A stretch of 63,328 bases of DNA, counting the filler, from Octopus bimaculoides (taxonomy: Eukaryota): assembly GCF_001194135.2 (NCBI RefSeq). It is 6 parts of 5 records of this genome, joined end to end, with 100 filler letters (N's around TTAATTAATTAA, not from the genome) between each part and the next. Parts side by side here need not be neighbours in the genome. Positions count along the whole stretch, not along the records: positions 10,408 to 34,827 come from NC_068981.1; positions 34,928 to 44,247 come from NC_069007.1; 4 more parts are not named here. One strand, written 5' to 3'. Each line of letters starts with the position of its first letter. The stretch's first letter is position 1. This document shows positions 24,851-37,619 of this stretch, in pieces. The notes under the pieces are model-generated. The model saw only the letters and a program-made list of their open reading frames with translations. It was not told the DNA's origin and searched no databases. The translations under genes and the position numbers were made by a program.

Positions 24851-27800
24851 ACACGCACGCACACACGCACACACACACACACACACACACATACACTCNN
24901 NNNNNNNNNNNNNNNNNNNNNNNNNNNNNNNNNNNNNNNNNNNNNNNNNNNNNNNNNNNNNNNNNNNNNNNNNNNNNNNNNNNNNNNNNNNNNNNNNNNN
25001 NNNNNNNNNNNNNNNNNNNNNNNNNNNNNNNNNNNNNNNNNNNNNNNNNNNNNNNNNNNNNNNNNNNNNNNNNNNNNNNNNNNNNNNNNNNNNNNNNNNN
25101 NNNNNNNNNNNNNNNNNNNNNNNNNNNNNNNNNNNNNNNNNNNNNNNNNNNNNNNNNNNNNNNNNNNNNNNNNNNNNNNNNNNNNNNNNNNNNNNNNNNN
25201 NNNNNNNNNNNNNNNNNNNNNNNNNNNNNNNNNNNNNNNNNNNNNNNNNNNNNNNNNNNNNNNNNNNNNNNNNNNNNNNNNNNNNNNNNNNNNNNNNNNN
25301 NNNNNNNNNNNNNNNNNNNNNNNNNNNNNNNNNNNNNNNNNNNNNNNNNNNNNNNNNNNNNNNNNNNNNNNNNNNNNNNNNNNNNNNNNNNNNNNNNNNN
25401 NNNNNNNNNNNNNNNNNNNNNNNNNNNNNNNNNNNNNNNNNNNNNNNNNNNNNNNNNNNNNNNNNNNNNNNNNNNNNNNNNNNNNNNNNNNNNNNNNNNN
25501 NNNNNNNNNNNNNNNNNNNNNNNNNNNNNNNNNNNNNNNNNNNNNNNNNNNNNNNNNNNNNNNNNNNNNNNNNNNNNNNNNNNNNNNNNNNNNNNNNNNN
25601 NNNNNNNNNNNNNNNNNNNNNNNNNNNNNNNNNNNNNNNNNNNNNNNNNNNNNNNNNNNNNNNNNNNNNNNNNNNNNNNNNNNNNNNNNNNNNNNNNNNN
25701 NNNNNNNNNNNNNNNNNNNNNNNNNNNNNNNNNNNNNNNTATATATACCTGTATATATCTGTGTGTATGTATATATATATATATATATATATATAAACAC
25801 ATGCATGTGTGTCTATATACGTACGTGTGGTTGAGGCGGAGTGTACGTGTGTATACAAATATTCTGGCGTGTGTGTGCGAGAACAAATTCACGCCATTAT
25901 CTCTAGTTACCATTTTGCTGCATAGTTTTTATTGTTTTAAATAATCTTACTGAATAGGGGTTTGGGGAACAGCAGTTCCATCAGAAGTGACCAGAGATAA
26001 CTGTAAATGTATATTAGTATATGTGTATAATCATATGTAATTTCTGTTCCTATATCTGACATATCTCAATGCATTATAACCACACATAAACACATATTAA
26101 AGTCTATATATGTATATATGCCCCCTCCCCTTCTCTCTCTTTCTCTCTTTTTTTCTCTCTCTGTATGCGTACACGTAGATATACACGAGAAATGGTAACA
26201 AGAAAGACACCTGTTTCTTTGCCTGGTGTGCAAAGGTTTATTGTTTGACTGAATAAGAAAAATGTACAGAATATATATGTCTTCAAGCGTGTGATGTGGT
26301 CACTGGTGATATGCACTCTGCTTCCTGAATCACAGAGATGATTTGATTGCTCTCTTTGATTTTTCGCACGCAAAAGTGTCCAGGATTTCAACAGATTGAT
26401 ATTTCAAGAAAAAAAATGTAAAAATGTAAAGAGAAAAATACAAAAATCACCTAATCACTTAAAGTTCAGTGGATGAAAACTTGCTGAAAGGGAAACATAA
26501 AAGTTCGTGCAAACAAGTAAACGGCTCAAATAACAAAGTTTTTGAATGGCAGTTTTCTTTGTATAGTTGCAATAGGCGAGTCAGGGTTTGTTATTGACAG
26601 TATTACTTTCATAGAAGTATACTTGCCTTGCTTAGATATTAGCGATATGTACTGGTGATAGCGTTGTGGTAATGATACCGAAAAAGTAAATCTTTTTCTT
26701 TCTTTTTTTTTCTTTTTGGTCGTTTATTGAAGCTGTTTGTGATAAGTTTTCCGGGATTTTTCACTTTTTTTTTCTTCTTCACTTGTGACTCACACAATGC
26801 AAATATTTCCAGTTAGCTTGATGACCTTGTTGCATACAATAACAGGTCATGCTAGATTCCTACCAATATCAAATATCATTCTTTCTGTTGTTTTCTCTTT
26901 AACTCATTCCATTTCTGTTTTGCTATCCATCACTCTGAAATTCATATATTCGAGATAAGGTATCAATAAAATACTAGAGTATTAGTCAGTGCATCATTTC
27001 CCTTATGTGCAAAGAAAATGCGGATTTACAAGGCGCTAATATACATTTTTTATTGCTATAAGGTTTGTTTTACTTTTTTAGTTTGTTTTTTTCCAATCCA
27101 GAATTTACACTTTTTAAATTACATGTGCTCTTTCGTCACTTCTATTTTTGTTTATCTTTTTCTTCTAATGGCTCTGTATCATTTGTAATGCATTGTCTTG
27201 CCTCGTTATACATATTCCTATAACTTCACATTGATTTCCTGCTTGTACTGATTCCTGTCAATCGACTGAGACAGTTCTTGGACACTGCTTTTCAATGTTG
27301 AGCAGACTGCATTGTGGACGTTACTTATTTTATGGGAGGGACCTTAATTTATAGAACTCGGGAGACTGAGAAACAAAGCAGACTTGGGCGGGAATTAATT
27401 CCGCCTAGTGAAAAGCTGTAACCAAATAGAATAAGACATTTCTACTTACATTCACCTTTTATTAATATATAGTTTGGTATATCAAATTTTACATTATTTT
27501 TGCCATAGTCTCCTTCGTATTTTACTCTTTTAAGGAGCTTTCAATTTTTGCTTATAAGTTATCTCGTTTTTTATCATATAAGCTCATCTTTAACCAATTA
27601 CTTTTTCATCGTGATATGCTATTACACTATTAGATTTACATCAAGCCTTAGCACATTTTTTTTTTTATTTAGCGCAATTACATGAAAACAGTTAATTAAC
27701 GCATATAGCCCTAACAAAATAGGCCTTGTAACTAATCAACATGAATCAGCGTGTATATATTAACAATAAAGTAGATATTTTAGTCATACGTAACGGAATA

Positions 27801-28094
27801 ATTAAAAATATCCGCAAGAGAAGAAATAAATATATAAATATCTATTAATTACAATTTTTATTTCTAAATTAATATTGTTTTAACTTTAACACTGTTCTTC
27901 ATTTTATTTAAGACTCCGGGGAGATTTTTTTTTAACAGAAAAATTTTACAAATGCTACAAAATCGTTCTCTGTTTCCCATTTTGCTATGAGAAAAAACGT
28001 AGGATTGTTGAATTTTTTAGAATTTCATTTCGTTCAATATTAAGAAATATATATTAGTTCTTTTTTAGAGGAAACCGTTTTCTTTACTAATGAT

Positions 28095-28875
28095 CAGTGG
28101 TAGGCACTAAGAGTTAATTAGTGAAGCTAACTTTTCATTTAGCGGATTAGCGTTTTCGCCAACTTTGGAAACCGTTAGCAGACCAATTAGCTTTTGCTGA
28201 ATTTAGTTCCGCTAACATTAAGTTCGCTAACAAAATTCATACGTTTGTTCCTGTCTGTTGTGGGCCTGTCTCTAAGAGTCACGCTATTGGCTGACTACGT
28301 GCTAGCTGGGGAGTATTGTGTAATTATGCAGTTTTGAGTTGTGTTCACTTACGACGTTGTCATATTACAGACAGTCTTACAGTGTCAGCGACAACTGTGT
28401 ACGTTATCGGCTTATCAAGTTATCGCTTATCGGTATGGAAGGCTGTGAGTAAGGAAGCGGTCGCTCAGAACCTGTGGCCCCACCTGGTGGACTACTTCGT
28501 CCTTACGTCAAGGGATAAGAAGAAAGCCAAAAATCCTGTACTTCCGCTGCGTCATGTACCAGTCTAAGGAGACCACCATCAATGAACAAGCGTCGAGCCT
28601 CTACAACTTGAAGTAGCACGTCAAGAGGAAACACACAGTGCATGCCATCCAGTTTCAGAAGAGGATCAAGGCCGGCTCTTCTCGTGGGAAGCACAGACAA
28701 TCTTTTGGTAGCAGTGCCACTAGCCAGTCGTCGCAGCCATGTGCAAAGAAAGCACGCCAGTCCAGCATTGGTGAGACGTTTGCCCAAACTGCAAACGTCC
28801 GTTAGTCTATGTTGGACAGAAGGATGATAGACTTGTTTGTAGACAACATGCTACCACTGCATGCAGTTGAGATCT
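28095..28875 (+). mobile_element. 5' portion of a hAT element: left end plus BED zinc-finger transposase pseudogene
   Basis: Starts CAGTGGTAGGCAC, then GCTAAC/TTAGC subterminal repeats. Translation from ~28450: LWPHLVDYF..LYFRCVMY..SSLYNLK*HVKRKH (BED finger) and MIDLFVDNMLPLHAVE (typical post-BED hAT motif). Frameshift and stops present. Confidence 0.75.
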
Positions 28876-29329
28876 CCCAAACTTGTGATATTCAAGTATG
28901 AAAAAGGAATTAGATAAGAATTAGGAGTTAAAATGTAGATTTATAAGGTTATTGGGATTACATAAGGAGTATTGTGGAAATATACTATTTGGTCGTTTAG
29001 GCATTTGGATTTGTGGTTGAATTTGAATGTGTGAAAAAAGCGATGGTTGCATGTGCTTAGTGCCTGGCCAGGACGGCGTGTTGTCTCGTGCGAGTCTTGG
29101 AATCCAGCTAATGTGCCGTCATCCCCAGGTAGGACCTGTTGTGGGCCGTGCAACAGGTCTTAGTGGTCGCCACCTAAGAGACATCCTTGAGCAATCTGTA
29201 ATTTAAAAATATTAAATTGTAAAGAGACATAAGTTGTAACGTTAAAAACTTAAAATTATATATATATGTATGTATCTTTATATACAGTTTCGAGGGAGTT
29301 GCAGTCGTCGATGAGAGATGGGGAGAGAT

Positions 29330-31205
29330 AAAGGAGTGTCTTGCTACAAAAATGAGAGAGGGTGACATTTCTTCGCTGTTGGCGTGGCTACTAGACAAGC
29401 AAGCAGGCGAAACAAGTTGACCATCCCAATCACAAACAACAACTCTACCAACGCCATCATCACCTCTACCCCTAGCACTAAGAACAACAACAACAAAAAC
29501 AAAAACAAGTGTGGCAGCAACGGCAGCAGTAACAACAGCAGCAAAAGCAGCAGCAACAACATTAAATCTTTGACGGGAGAGACAAATAAGCAGTACAGCT
29601 ACCATATAAAGGATTTTCCCCCATTAGCTAGCAGCTTGGCTACTTCAGTCAACGATATGAACATCACCAAAAACAAAAGCGTCGCTTTCGCTCCGACTAA
29701 CACCAACAACGAAAGGAACAACACCAGCAGCAAAAACGATATAATAAGTACCAGCAATAACAGTAACGATGAAAACACCTCCTTTGCTGGAGTAACAAAA
29801 TTGCAGGAGCAAGTCTCCCTGGAAGGAGAACATGCGTACCTGAATGGGTAGTCGAGATAGGAAAGCTAAGCTTGCTATCCCTCCAAATTTGATGGAGAAG
29901 ACGGCCAGGAAGACCATCGTATACAGATGTGTGTCGCTAAAGACGAAGAAAATCTTCAATGCGCCACACATCCAAGTAGAAAAATGCTTGCAAGGCATTT
30001 GGACTGATACTGATTTACTCACACGAGGGCGACAATGTGGTTCTATGGAAGCGAGGTTCCTCACAGAGGCACTGGCCCCAAAACACTCAATGGTCCAACT
30101 TCCACAACAGTTTCTGGATAGTGAGCGTATGTGGGCGCCGTTGGTGAGGCTCGTCTTTCCGCAGCTCGTCTCCTTGACGGAGCTGCATTCCTAGGTGAGG
30201 AAAAGACTGAGACTGAGAGCCTGGCACCTAGAATGTCAACAGGCGCTTACAACACTCTACCAGTCGGGAAATGGGATCGGTGGGTGTTCCGCTTTAGAAA
30301 TTTATAGAGGATTAGCGGCGTGAAGTTCTCGGGGAGACTCTGGGCGCCGAAGAAAACGAACTGGCTTGTCTGCTCTGGAGGACTTTCCAATCAAAACTAT
30401 CTTGGATGATTTCCAGATATCCTTGACCTGGCAGTGCTACCAGAAGTCGCTACCGATTCGAGACAAGCTCTACATGCACGGAGTGCTGTCAGACGGACTT
30501 GTCCGAAGTGCGCGCAGAGTAACGAAACCGTCCTGCACACCCTCATTCAATGTCCGAGCATTGCTGACTTGTGGGATTACACTGAACAACTGCTGTCACG
30601 TGTGGGACGGACCTGTCTGTTGGCCGAATCTACAGTGTTGATTACACCGCCGCCCTCCTTCAATCGGGAAGACAAGGCAGTTTTCCTTTGCCTGGTGGCT
30701 ATAGTGAAAGTGGTTGTTTGGTAGACAAGGCTGAAAAGCTGAGGACAGATACATTCCTCTTTGGTAGAGCTCTCATTCACTTTTTCCCAGTTTCACTTGA
30801 AAAGGAAATTGAGAGTGGAAAGGGAAGTGCTGTCCTCAAGTGTGTTTATTGACAGGTGGGTGTAAGTTGCAAAAATGGCATGAGTGGATGGTACCTCTCT
30901 AAGTGTAGACCTGTGAGTCGGAGAGAAGGAATTGGAGAGGGCACTTGCTCATAGGGTTTCAGTGACGGCTCGGACAGTGGGGTTCCTCAATTAACCGTAG
31001 AGGCATTCTTGTATAAGGAGGGCCACATCACTATCATTCCTCCACCTTTTTTTTACCTTTGAAACCTGTGCACGTCTCTTCTTTTCCATTGTATACCGTG
31101 TATACTATTTTTTTATCATTTCATTATTATATTTAAACTTCCACACTTCATACTCTGTCTTAGTATTGTCCCCCTCATCCTTCGCCCTTGTGACAAATAA
31201 ATGAA
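29330..31205 (+). mobile_element. Internally deleted Tx1/L1-clade non-LTR retrotransposon
   Basis: ORF1-like N/S/K-rich segment with DFPPL, then an RRM-like segment (29384-30100), joined to post-RT ORF2 sequence (WAPLVRLVFPQLVSL..AWHLECQQAL; SLTWQCYQKSLPIRDKL; CCHC knuckle CPKCAQSNETVLHTLIQC). 3' UTR ends at AATAAA ~31196. No EN or RT core seen. Confidence 0.8.
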
Positions 31206-31262
31206 ATCAATATTATTGTTATTATTATTATTATTATCATTATTATTATTATTAGTAGTAGT

Positions 31263-31293
<31 letters not shown>

Positions 31294-31660
31294 CATTTGC
31301 ACAGCTTCTAACGCTGGACATGTACTACGGTGTCAGCTGTTCGCTACTAGTGCACTAAGCTAACACCTATTATTTTTCGAGCACCTTCCGGAATATTCGA
31401 GCGATTCCAAGCAGTGCTGTTTTCTGCAAGTACTCCACCCTTATTGCAGCCCTTATTTGCTCCATGTACTTCTCAATACTTTTACTCACTGTTCCCAGAG
31501 CTCCGAAAATTATTGGTACTACTCCCACCTTTTTCATCGACCACAACTGCTTAACTTCCCAAGCTAACCTGTCATATCTGTCGACTTTTCTTTCTTCCTT
31601 ATCGCATACCTTGTTGTCAGTCAACATGATCTCCTTACAGCAGATCTTTTTCACCCAGTT
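31294..31660 (-). pseudogene. 3' end of an R4/Dong-like RLE LINE with (TAA)n tail (31215-31293)
   Basis: ORF 31370-31654: DNKVCDKEERKVDRYDRLAWEVKQLW..VPIIFGALGTV..LQKTALLGIARIFRKVLE, a typical RLE-LINE C-terminus. Confidence 0.85.
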
Positions 31661-31734
31661 TACACATACTATATAACTAAAGGGATCTTAATGGGGTTGT
31701 TTGTGAGTGAGAGAGAGGAGAATGCGTGCGTGCG

Positions 31735-31789
<55 letters not shown>

Positions 31790-31825
31790 AGTTTGTGAAC
31801 TGCGTGAGTGGCAAAATGCTTATTT

Positions 31826-32243
31826 ATTTTTATCTTTTATCTGTTTCAGGCATTGGACTGCGGTCATACTGGGGTACCGCTTTGAAGAACTTTCTGTCGA
31901 ATAACTTCATCCCAGTACTTATATATATTTTCTTTAAGTTTGCTTACGGGAACATAAGCAAACTAACACCGGTTGTCAAGTGGTAATAGGGGAGACTAAC
32001 ACAGACATTAAGACACTCACACGCACACACACACACACATGATCAAACATTCTCACATACGCACACGCATACACATACACATATACATATAGACGACGAG
32101 TTTCCTTCCGTCTACTACCAAAACCCCGCACAAATCTTTAGTCGGCCCGAGGCTATAGTAGAAGATACTTGCCCATGGGGACTAAACCTAACTAAAAGTG
32201 GAACCATGTGGTTAGGAAGCGAGCTTCTTACCACACAGCCACG
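31826..32243 (-). mobile_element. SINE family B, full length
   Basis: Reverse complement of the head (CTTACCACACAGCCAC, GAACCATGTGGTT, ACTTGCCCA), internal (CA)n, and tail (TGTTTCAG..ACTGCGGTCATACTGGGGTACCGC). Confidence 0.85.
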
Positions 32244-33149
32244 GTTAGTGATATTTTCTTTGTGAATGGACCGCATGTGTTGCGTCTGTATGTGTGTATG
32301 CGTGTATGAACATTACAGTCGAGTCACTTCACTAATTTTTAAGATGGTGCTGATCAAATTACAATTTAATGACTCACTTCATCTTTCATTCTAATGACTC
32401 AAGGGAGGTAAAAAGTAGGAATAAGTATAGAATCTGATATATCCACATACGTTCGGCCTGGAGATAATATTACTGTATAATGGTAACACGGAATATGTAC
32501 GGAATATGTGCAATAAAGAATTTAGTGAATTCTTTATTTGAAATTAATAAACAATAGTATTGACTTTATGTTGCTAGTGTTCCATAATCATTAAATGAAC
32601 AACAGGCCTAATATAAAAGTCATATGAATAGCATTTTAGAGCCCTTAGCTTTTCTATTATTACCTGGAAATCATGTTGAAGAATTAAAGTTATATTTAAG
32701 ATTTCTCTGTGAATAAAAGAAAGCAACATTCGATTGTATTATTGAATTGCTTCACTTAGATTAGAATTGATTGGATTGACATCATGTCTGTGTCGTCGAG
32801 CATTCGGCATTATATTATTTAATAATATGCTTACAATACAATTTAATTATGTTATTTAATCATAGACCCCCAACCATGAGTTAATTTCATCAAAGAAATA
32901 TGTGTCTATTCTCTTGCTGCATAAGAATGGTCTTTATCCATAGAGATTCATAAGTCCTTTTAGCATTTAGATATATACAATTTTTATTTTTATTTTCCAT
33001 TTCGTTACGATTTTGATTTAAATTCAAAATTATAATAAAATATAAATACTATCTTTGCTATTTTGTAGTTGATACCCTTTCTGCATTATATAAACAGTCG
33101 CAGGCCAACAGCTGCGAGAAAAATACATAAGCAGGAAACAGATTCTAAC

Positions 33150-33790
33150 GGGCCGATGATCTTGAAAGGACTAGAAAAAGTGGATACTGCGGTTGTGGAG
33201 GTGGGGATGGATGCAAACTGAATGATGCCATGTGAACAGACGAATGATTCCGAAGTGCTTGCGTGGAAGAAATGTGAGACCTGCTGGCTTCGAGTAGTAG
33301 AGGGGATTATAGTAGCTATAGAATGTTAGGGAGAAGAGACAGCAGGCTTGTGGATCAGAGGCTGGTGCATTTTGTTAGTGATTAACTCTCAATTAGTCAA
33401 GTGACACTCTCTGAATGCGATCGGAGATGTATGCGTGCGTATCATTAGAACTGCCCCAAGTTGTGAGTGTTGTACACATTTGTAGATCTCACTTATGCGT
33501 GTCTTGGACTTGAACAAAATACGGAGTCTTTGGGATGTAGCCCTAGCTATACTAAAGACATACTTTCGTTAGGAAGCCCAACTGCCGAAACAACTCTGGA
33601 AGCTGTATCGACGAGCAGTATGAGTTTAGAGGGTGTGTGGTATAGTGGTGTTTTCTACGTATGAATAATGTTTGAAGTTTGTTGTTAAAGGAAACAATGC
33701 TGGCAAGGTCCCAGTGAAGAACGCTCTCGATGACTTCGTTTATGGAATCACTGCAGGTTTGTCAAGTAATTTGTAGAATGCCAGTGATCA
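33150..33790 (-). pseudogene. Degraded RT C-terminal half of a CR1/Jockey-group LINE
   Basis: DLASIVSFNNKLQTLFIRRK (~NLVSFNASKTQ), ARATSQRLRILFKSK, TWGSS..DRIQR, SLTFYSYYN; many stops and frameshifts. Confidence 0.6.
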
Positions 33791-33888
33791 GAAGAGAACA
33801 GATGTCTTGTGTTTACAAAGTTATACAGTTATAATACATACATATGTGTATGAGTATATGTGTATATATGTATGTATGTGCATGTCGT

Positions 33889-33985
<97 letters not shown>

Positions 33986-34030
33986 ATATATATGTATGTA
34001 TGTATGTATATATATATATATATATATAAG

Positions 34031-34400
34031 AACTAGAACGCTAGTGGCCGCGTGCGTAAAAGCCGTATAGGCAAAAATTAATAATTATATATAAGATATA
34101 TAAATATATTTATATGTACTAGGGAACTACATAAGCACCGGCTTCTCTAAAAATAGATGTCAAAATACTCCTAAATCGCAGAAGAATCACTAAATGAGTA
34201 TAGGCATGATAGGGAAAAAAATTATGAATAAGAACAGCGTCTTATATCTACAAAGGTTGCAGAAGGAATATCAGTTAATCTAATATCATGATTTCGAATT
34301 TAGCGTCAAAAGCACCTGATTCTCTTCAGTTAGATCTGCAAAAGACAACTACTAATATTCACCACTACCATTCCTGTAATTCGTTTGTGTGCCCAAACAC
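34031..34400 (-). mobile_element. Penelope-like/retrozyme-like repeat next to (TA)n, carrying a complete hammerhead
   Basis: Non-coding unit beside a (TA)n array; contains the hammerhead at 34277-34336. Boundaries approximate. Confidence 0.55.
34277..34336 (-). ncRNA. Minimal type I hammerhead ribozyme, canonical core, AUA cleavage triplet
   Basis: Minus strand: GATCTAA-CTGAAGA-GAAT(19 nt)ATTC-GAA-ATCATGAT-A-TTAGATT. Helix I 7 bp (one G.U), helix II 4 bp, helix III a perfect palindrome ATCATGAT; predicted cleavage 3' of the A at 34284. Confidence 0.85.
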
Positions 34401-34491
34401 CATAGAAGCAAACGAACCAGTGTAATTATTTATACATATCAAAGATGATTATTCCTAAAATAATAATAATAATAATAATTATAATAATAAT

Positions 34492-34827
34492 AGAGCTGCA
34501 CAATATATTCACTGGGTAATATGCAAAAACCTGGACTTGCCCCATGATAAAAACTGGTGGGAACACAAACCACCCCCAGTACTTGAAAATGATCACATTG
34601 CACTCCTCTGGAACTTCACCATTCAAACTTCAGGCAAAAATCATGCCTCCTCATTGATATGACTGTCCCAATCGATATAAACGTATCTGTCAAGACCTAC
34701 CAAAAACTGAGCAAATATAAAGATCTTGAAATAGAAATTAGCAAAATATGGAATCTGAAGACGAAAACAATACCTATTTTCATAGGTGCCCTGGGAATGA
34801 CAGCGAAACGGGCTGATTACTACCTAG
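34492..34827 (+). pseudogene. 5'-truncated R4/Dong-like RLE LINE fragment abutting (TAA)n
   Basis: RAAQYIHWVICKNL..WWEHKPPPVLEND..LLWNFTIQT / CLLIDMTVPIDINVSVKTYQKLSKYKDLEIEISKIWNLKTKTIPIFIGALG; cut by the spacer. Confidence 0.9.
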
Positions 34828-35159
34828 NNNNNNNNNNNNNNNNNNNNNNNNNNNNNNNNNNNNNNNNNNNNTTAATTAATTAANNNNNNNNNNNNNNNNN
34901 NNNNNNNNNNNNNNNNNNNNNNNNNNNTTGAAAGAATTATAGAATAAAATACGAAATATTGTTGACATCATTTCGTTTATTAAGAGGAAAAAACTGCAGA
35001 TTTTCCAACCTACTATCTTGAATTTTGTATGGTTTATGGTTTCTCTAAAAGTGGATATTTTTAAAGGAAAAAAATGTACATACTATTTATGTTGGTTTTT
35101 TACGTCCCCATATCTTAGCTATTCGGTTTCACAAAAATTATGACAAGTACTGATGTTCA

Positions 35160-35240
35160 TTCGTTTGACTAAAAATTCTTTAACGCGGTGCCCCAGCATG
35201 GCCGCAGTCTAATGACTGAAACAAGTAAAAGATAGAGGAT
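35160..35240 (+). mobile_element. SINE family B, 3' tip
   Basis: GCGGTGCCCCAGCATGGCCGCAGTCTAATGACTGAAACAAGTAAAAGAT. Confidence 0.8.
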
Positions 35241-35710
35241 TAAAAAAATGTGTGTAAATATGCGTGCATATGAGTGCGTGCGTGCGTGTGTCTGTAAACT
35301 AAAGCTTAGTTTATATTTTAGTAAACAAAAGCGTGTCAGCATTTAAACAGACAGGACATTCAGAGGACGCGGTATTTCCTAGCAAGAAGTATTTATTATG
35401 TTTATTCTGAAGAAAACATCTTCTAATACGCACACACACACACCTACATATAAATATGTGGTGGAGCGGTATCATGGTACTCTTACATATAGGCATTCGT
35501 TCACACTTATGTACGCATGAATTAATCATATAAAATTGACATTTCCTAAAACAGCTTCTGATAAGATAAAGAAACATTGTGACCATTATGCGAACGATAG
35601 TTTCTTTTAATAATAAACATATCTACTCGGCATTTATTATCTAGTGTGACCACTTTCTATTTGACTGTAGCTACTTTATTCACCAACAGATAGATTTCAG
35701 ATACGTACAA

Positions 35711-35741
<31 letters not shown>

Positions 35742-35898
35742 CAGGCGTTGCTGCATAAGAAATTTGCTTCCCAACCACGTCGTTCCGAGTTCAGTCCCAC
35801 TGCGTGGCACCTTCGATAAGTCTCTTCTAGTATAGCATCGTACCGACCATAGCCGTCTGACTGGATTTGATAAACAGAAATTGAAAGAAGCCCGTCTT
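35742..35898 (+). mobile_element. SINE family B, 5' half
   Basis: TTGCTTCCCAACCAC..TTCCGAGTTCAGTCCCACTGCGTGGCACCTT...TGAAAGAAGCCCGTC, running into (TA)n and a gap. Confidence 0.8.
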
Positions 35899-36845
35899 GT
35901 TTATATATATAAATATATATATATATAGGTATACATACATACATACATACATACATAAATACATACATACATATATATATATATATATNNNNNNNNNNNN
36001 NNNNNNNNNNNNNNNNNNNNNNNNNNNNNNNNNNNNNNNNNNNNNNNNNNNNNNNNNNNNNNNNNNNNNNNNNNNNNNNNNNNNNNNNNNNNNNNNNNNN
36101 NNNNNNNNNNNNNNNNNNNNNNNNNNNNNNNNNNNNNNNNNNNNNNNNNNNNNNNNNNNNNNNNNNNNNNNNNNNNNNNNNNNNNNNNNNNNNNNNNNNN
36201 NNNNNNNNNNNNNNNNNNNNNNNNNNNNNNNNNNNNNNNNNNNNNNNNNNNNNNNNNNNNNNNNNNNNNNNNNNNNNNNNNNNNNNNNNNNNNNNNNNNN
36301 NNNNNNNNNNNNNNNNNNNNNNNNNNNNNNNNNNNNNNNNNNNNNNNNNNNNNNNNNNNNNNNNNNNNNNNNNNNNNNNNNNNNNNNNNNNNNNNNNNNN
36401 NNNNNNNNNNNNNNNNNNNNNNNNNNNNNNNNNNNNNNNNNNNNNNNNNNNNNNNNNNNNNNNNNNNNNNNNNNNNNNNNNNNNNNNNNNNNNNNNNNNN
36501 NNNNNNNNNNNNNNNNNNNNNNNNNNNNNNNNNNNNNNNNNNNNNNNNNNNNNNNNNNNNNNNNNNNNNNNNNNNNNNNNNNNNNNNNNNNNNNNNNNNN
36601 NNNNNNNNNNNNNNNNNNNNNNNNNNNNNNNNNNNNNNNNNNNNNNNNNNNNNNNNNNNNNNNNNNNNNNNNNNNNNNNNNNNNNNNNNNNNNNNNNNNN
36701 NNNNNNNNNNNNNNNNNNNNNNNNNNNNNNNNNNNNNNNNNNNNNNNNNNNNNNNNNNNNNNNNNNNNNNNNNNNNNNNNNNNNNNNNNNNNNNNNNNNN
36801 NNNNNNNNNNNNNNNNNNNNNNNNNNNNNNNNNNNNNNNNNNNNN

Positions 36846-36877
<32 letters not shown>

Positions 36878-37407
36878 CATGTATGTATATATATTTATAT
36901 ATGCAAATATATGTAAGTGTGTATATATGTATGTATGTATATGTATATCTTCGTGTATAATATACAAGCAAACATTACATACATATACAAATAGACCTGA
37001 TTATATATGTAAATAGTTGTACATATATATACACCCATATAACTGACGATGGCGGCAACGAAGATGTTGATGATGATGATGATGATTATGTTGATGATGA
37101 CGACGATGACGATGATGACGACGACGACAATGATTACAGCCCACAGCAATTTCGACCTTCAGTCAGCCGATTCTTTCCTCAAACTAATAATCTATCTAAA
37201 ACATTAGCGTACATCGTTGTTGAGTATACTTCAGACACACCTGTAATTAACGTAAAATCGCAGGTAAAAACAAACCATCGTGGCACGTATTTGACAATAA
37301 TGAACGTTTGTCTCACGAGTACAATCCTTCCAGCAAGCTTCTATACCCAAAGTTAATGAACTTGTCCAAGATGCAGACGACTCTTTCCCATGATTTTATT
37401 GTATGAT

Positions 37408-37539
37408 GGCGCAGGCGTGGCTGAGCGGTAAAGAGATTGCTTCCCAACCACGCGGTTCCAGGTTCAGTCCCACTGCGTAGCACCTTCGGCAAGTGTCTTC
37501 TACTATAGCCTGGGGCCGACCATAGACTTGTGAGTGGAT
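37408..37539 (+). mobile_element. SINE family B, 5' half
   Basis: GGCGCAGGCGTGGCTGAGCGGTAA..CAGGTTCAGTCCCACTGCGTAGCACCTTCGGCAAGTGTCTTC. Confidence 0.85.
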
Positions 37540-37568
37540 NNNNNNNNNNGTATTGATAGATAGGTAGG

Positions 37569-37619
<51 letters not shown>

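Noticed and set aside
29060-29125. HDV-like ribozyme call
   Set aside because: P2-like pair and CTAAT are present, but no P1 or P1.1 partner was found; kept only as a structured-RNA finding.
34031-34070. Helitron 3' end (CTAG plus GC-rich segment on the minus strand)
   Set aside because: No convincing terminal hairpin; the internal hammerhead points to a Penelope-like origin instead.
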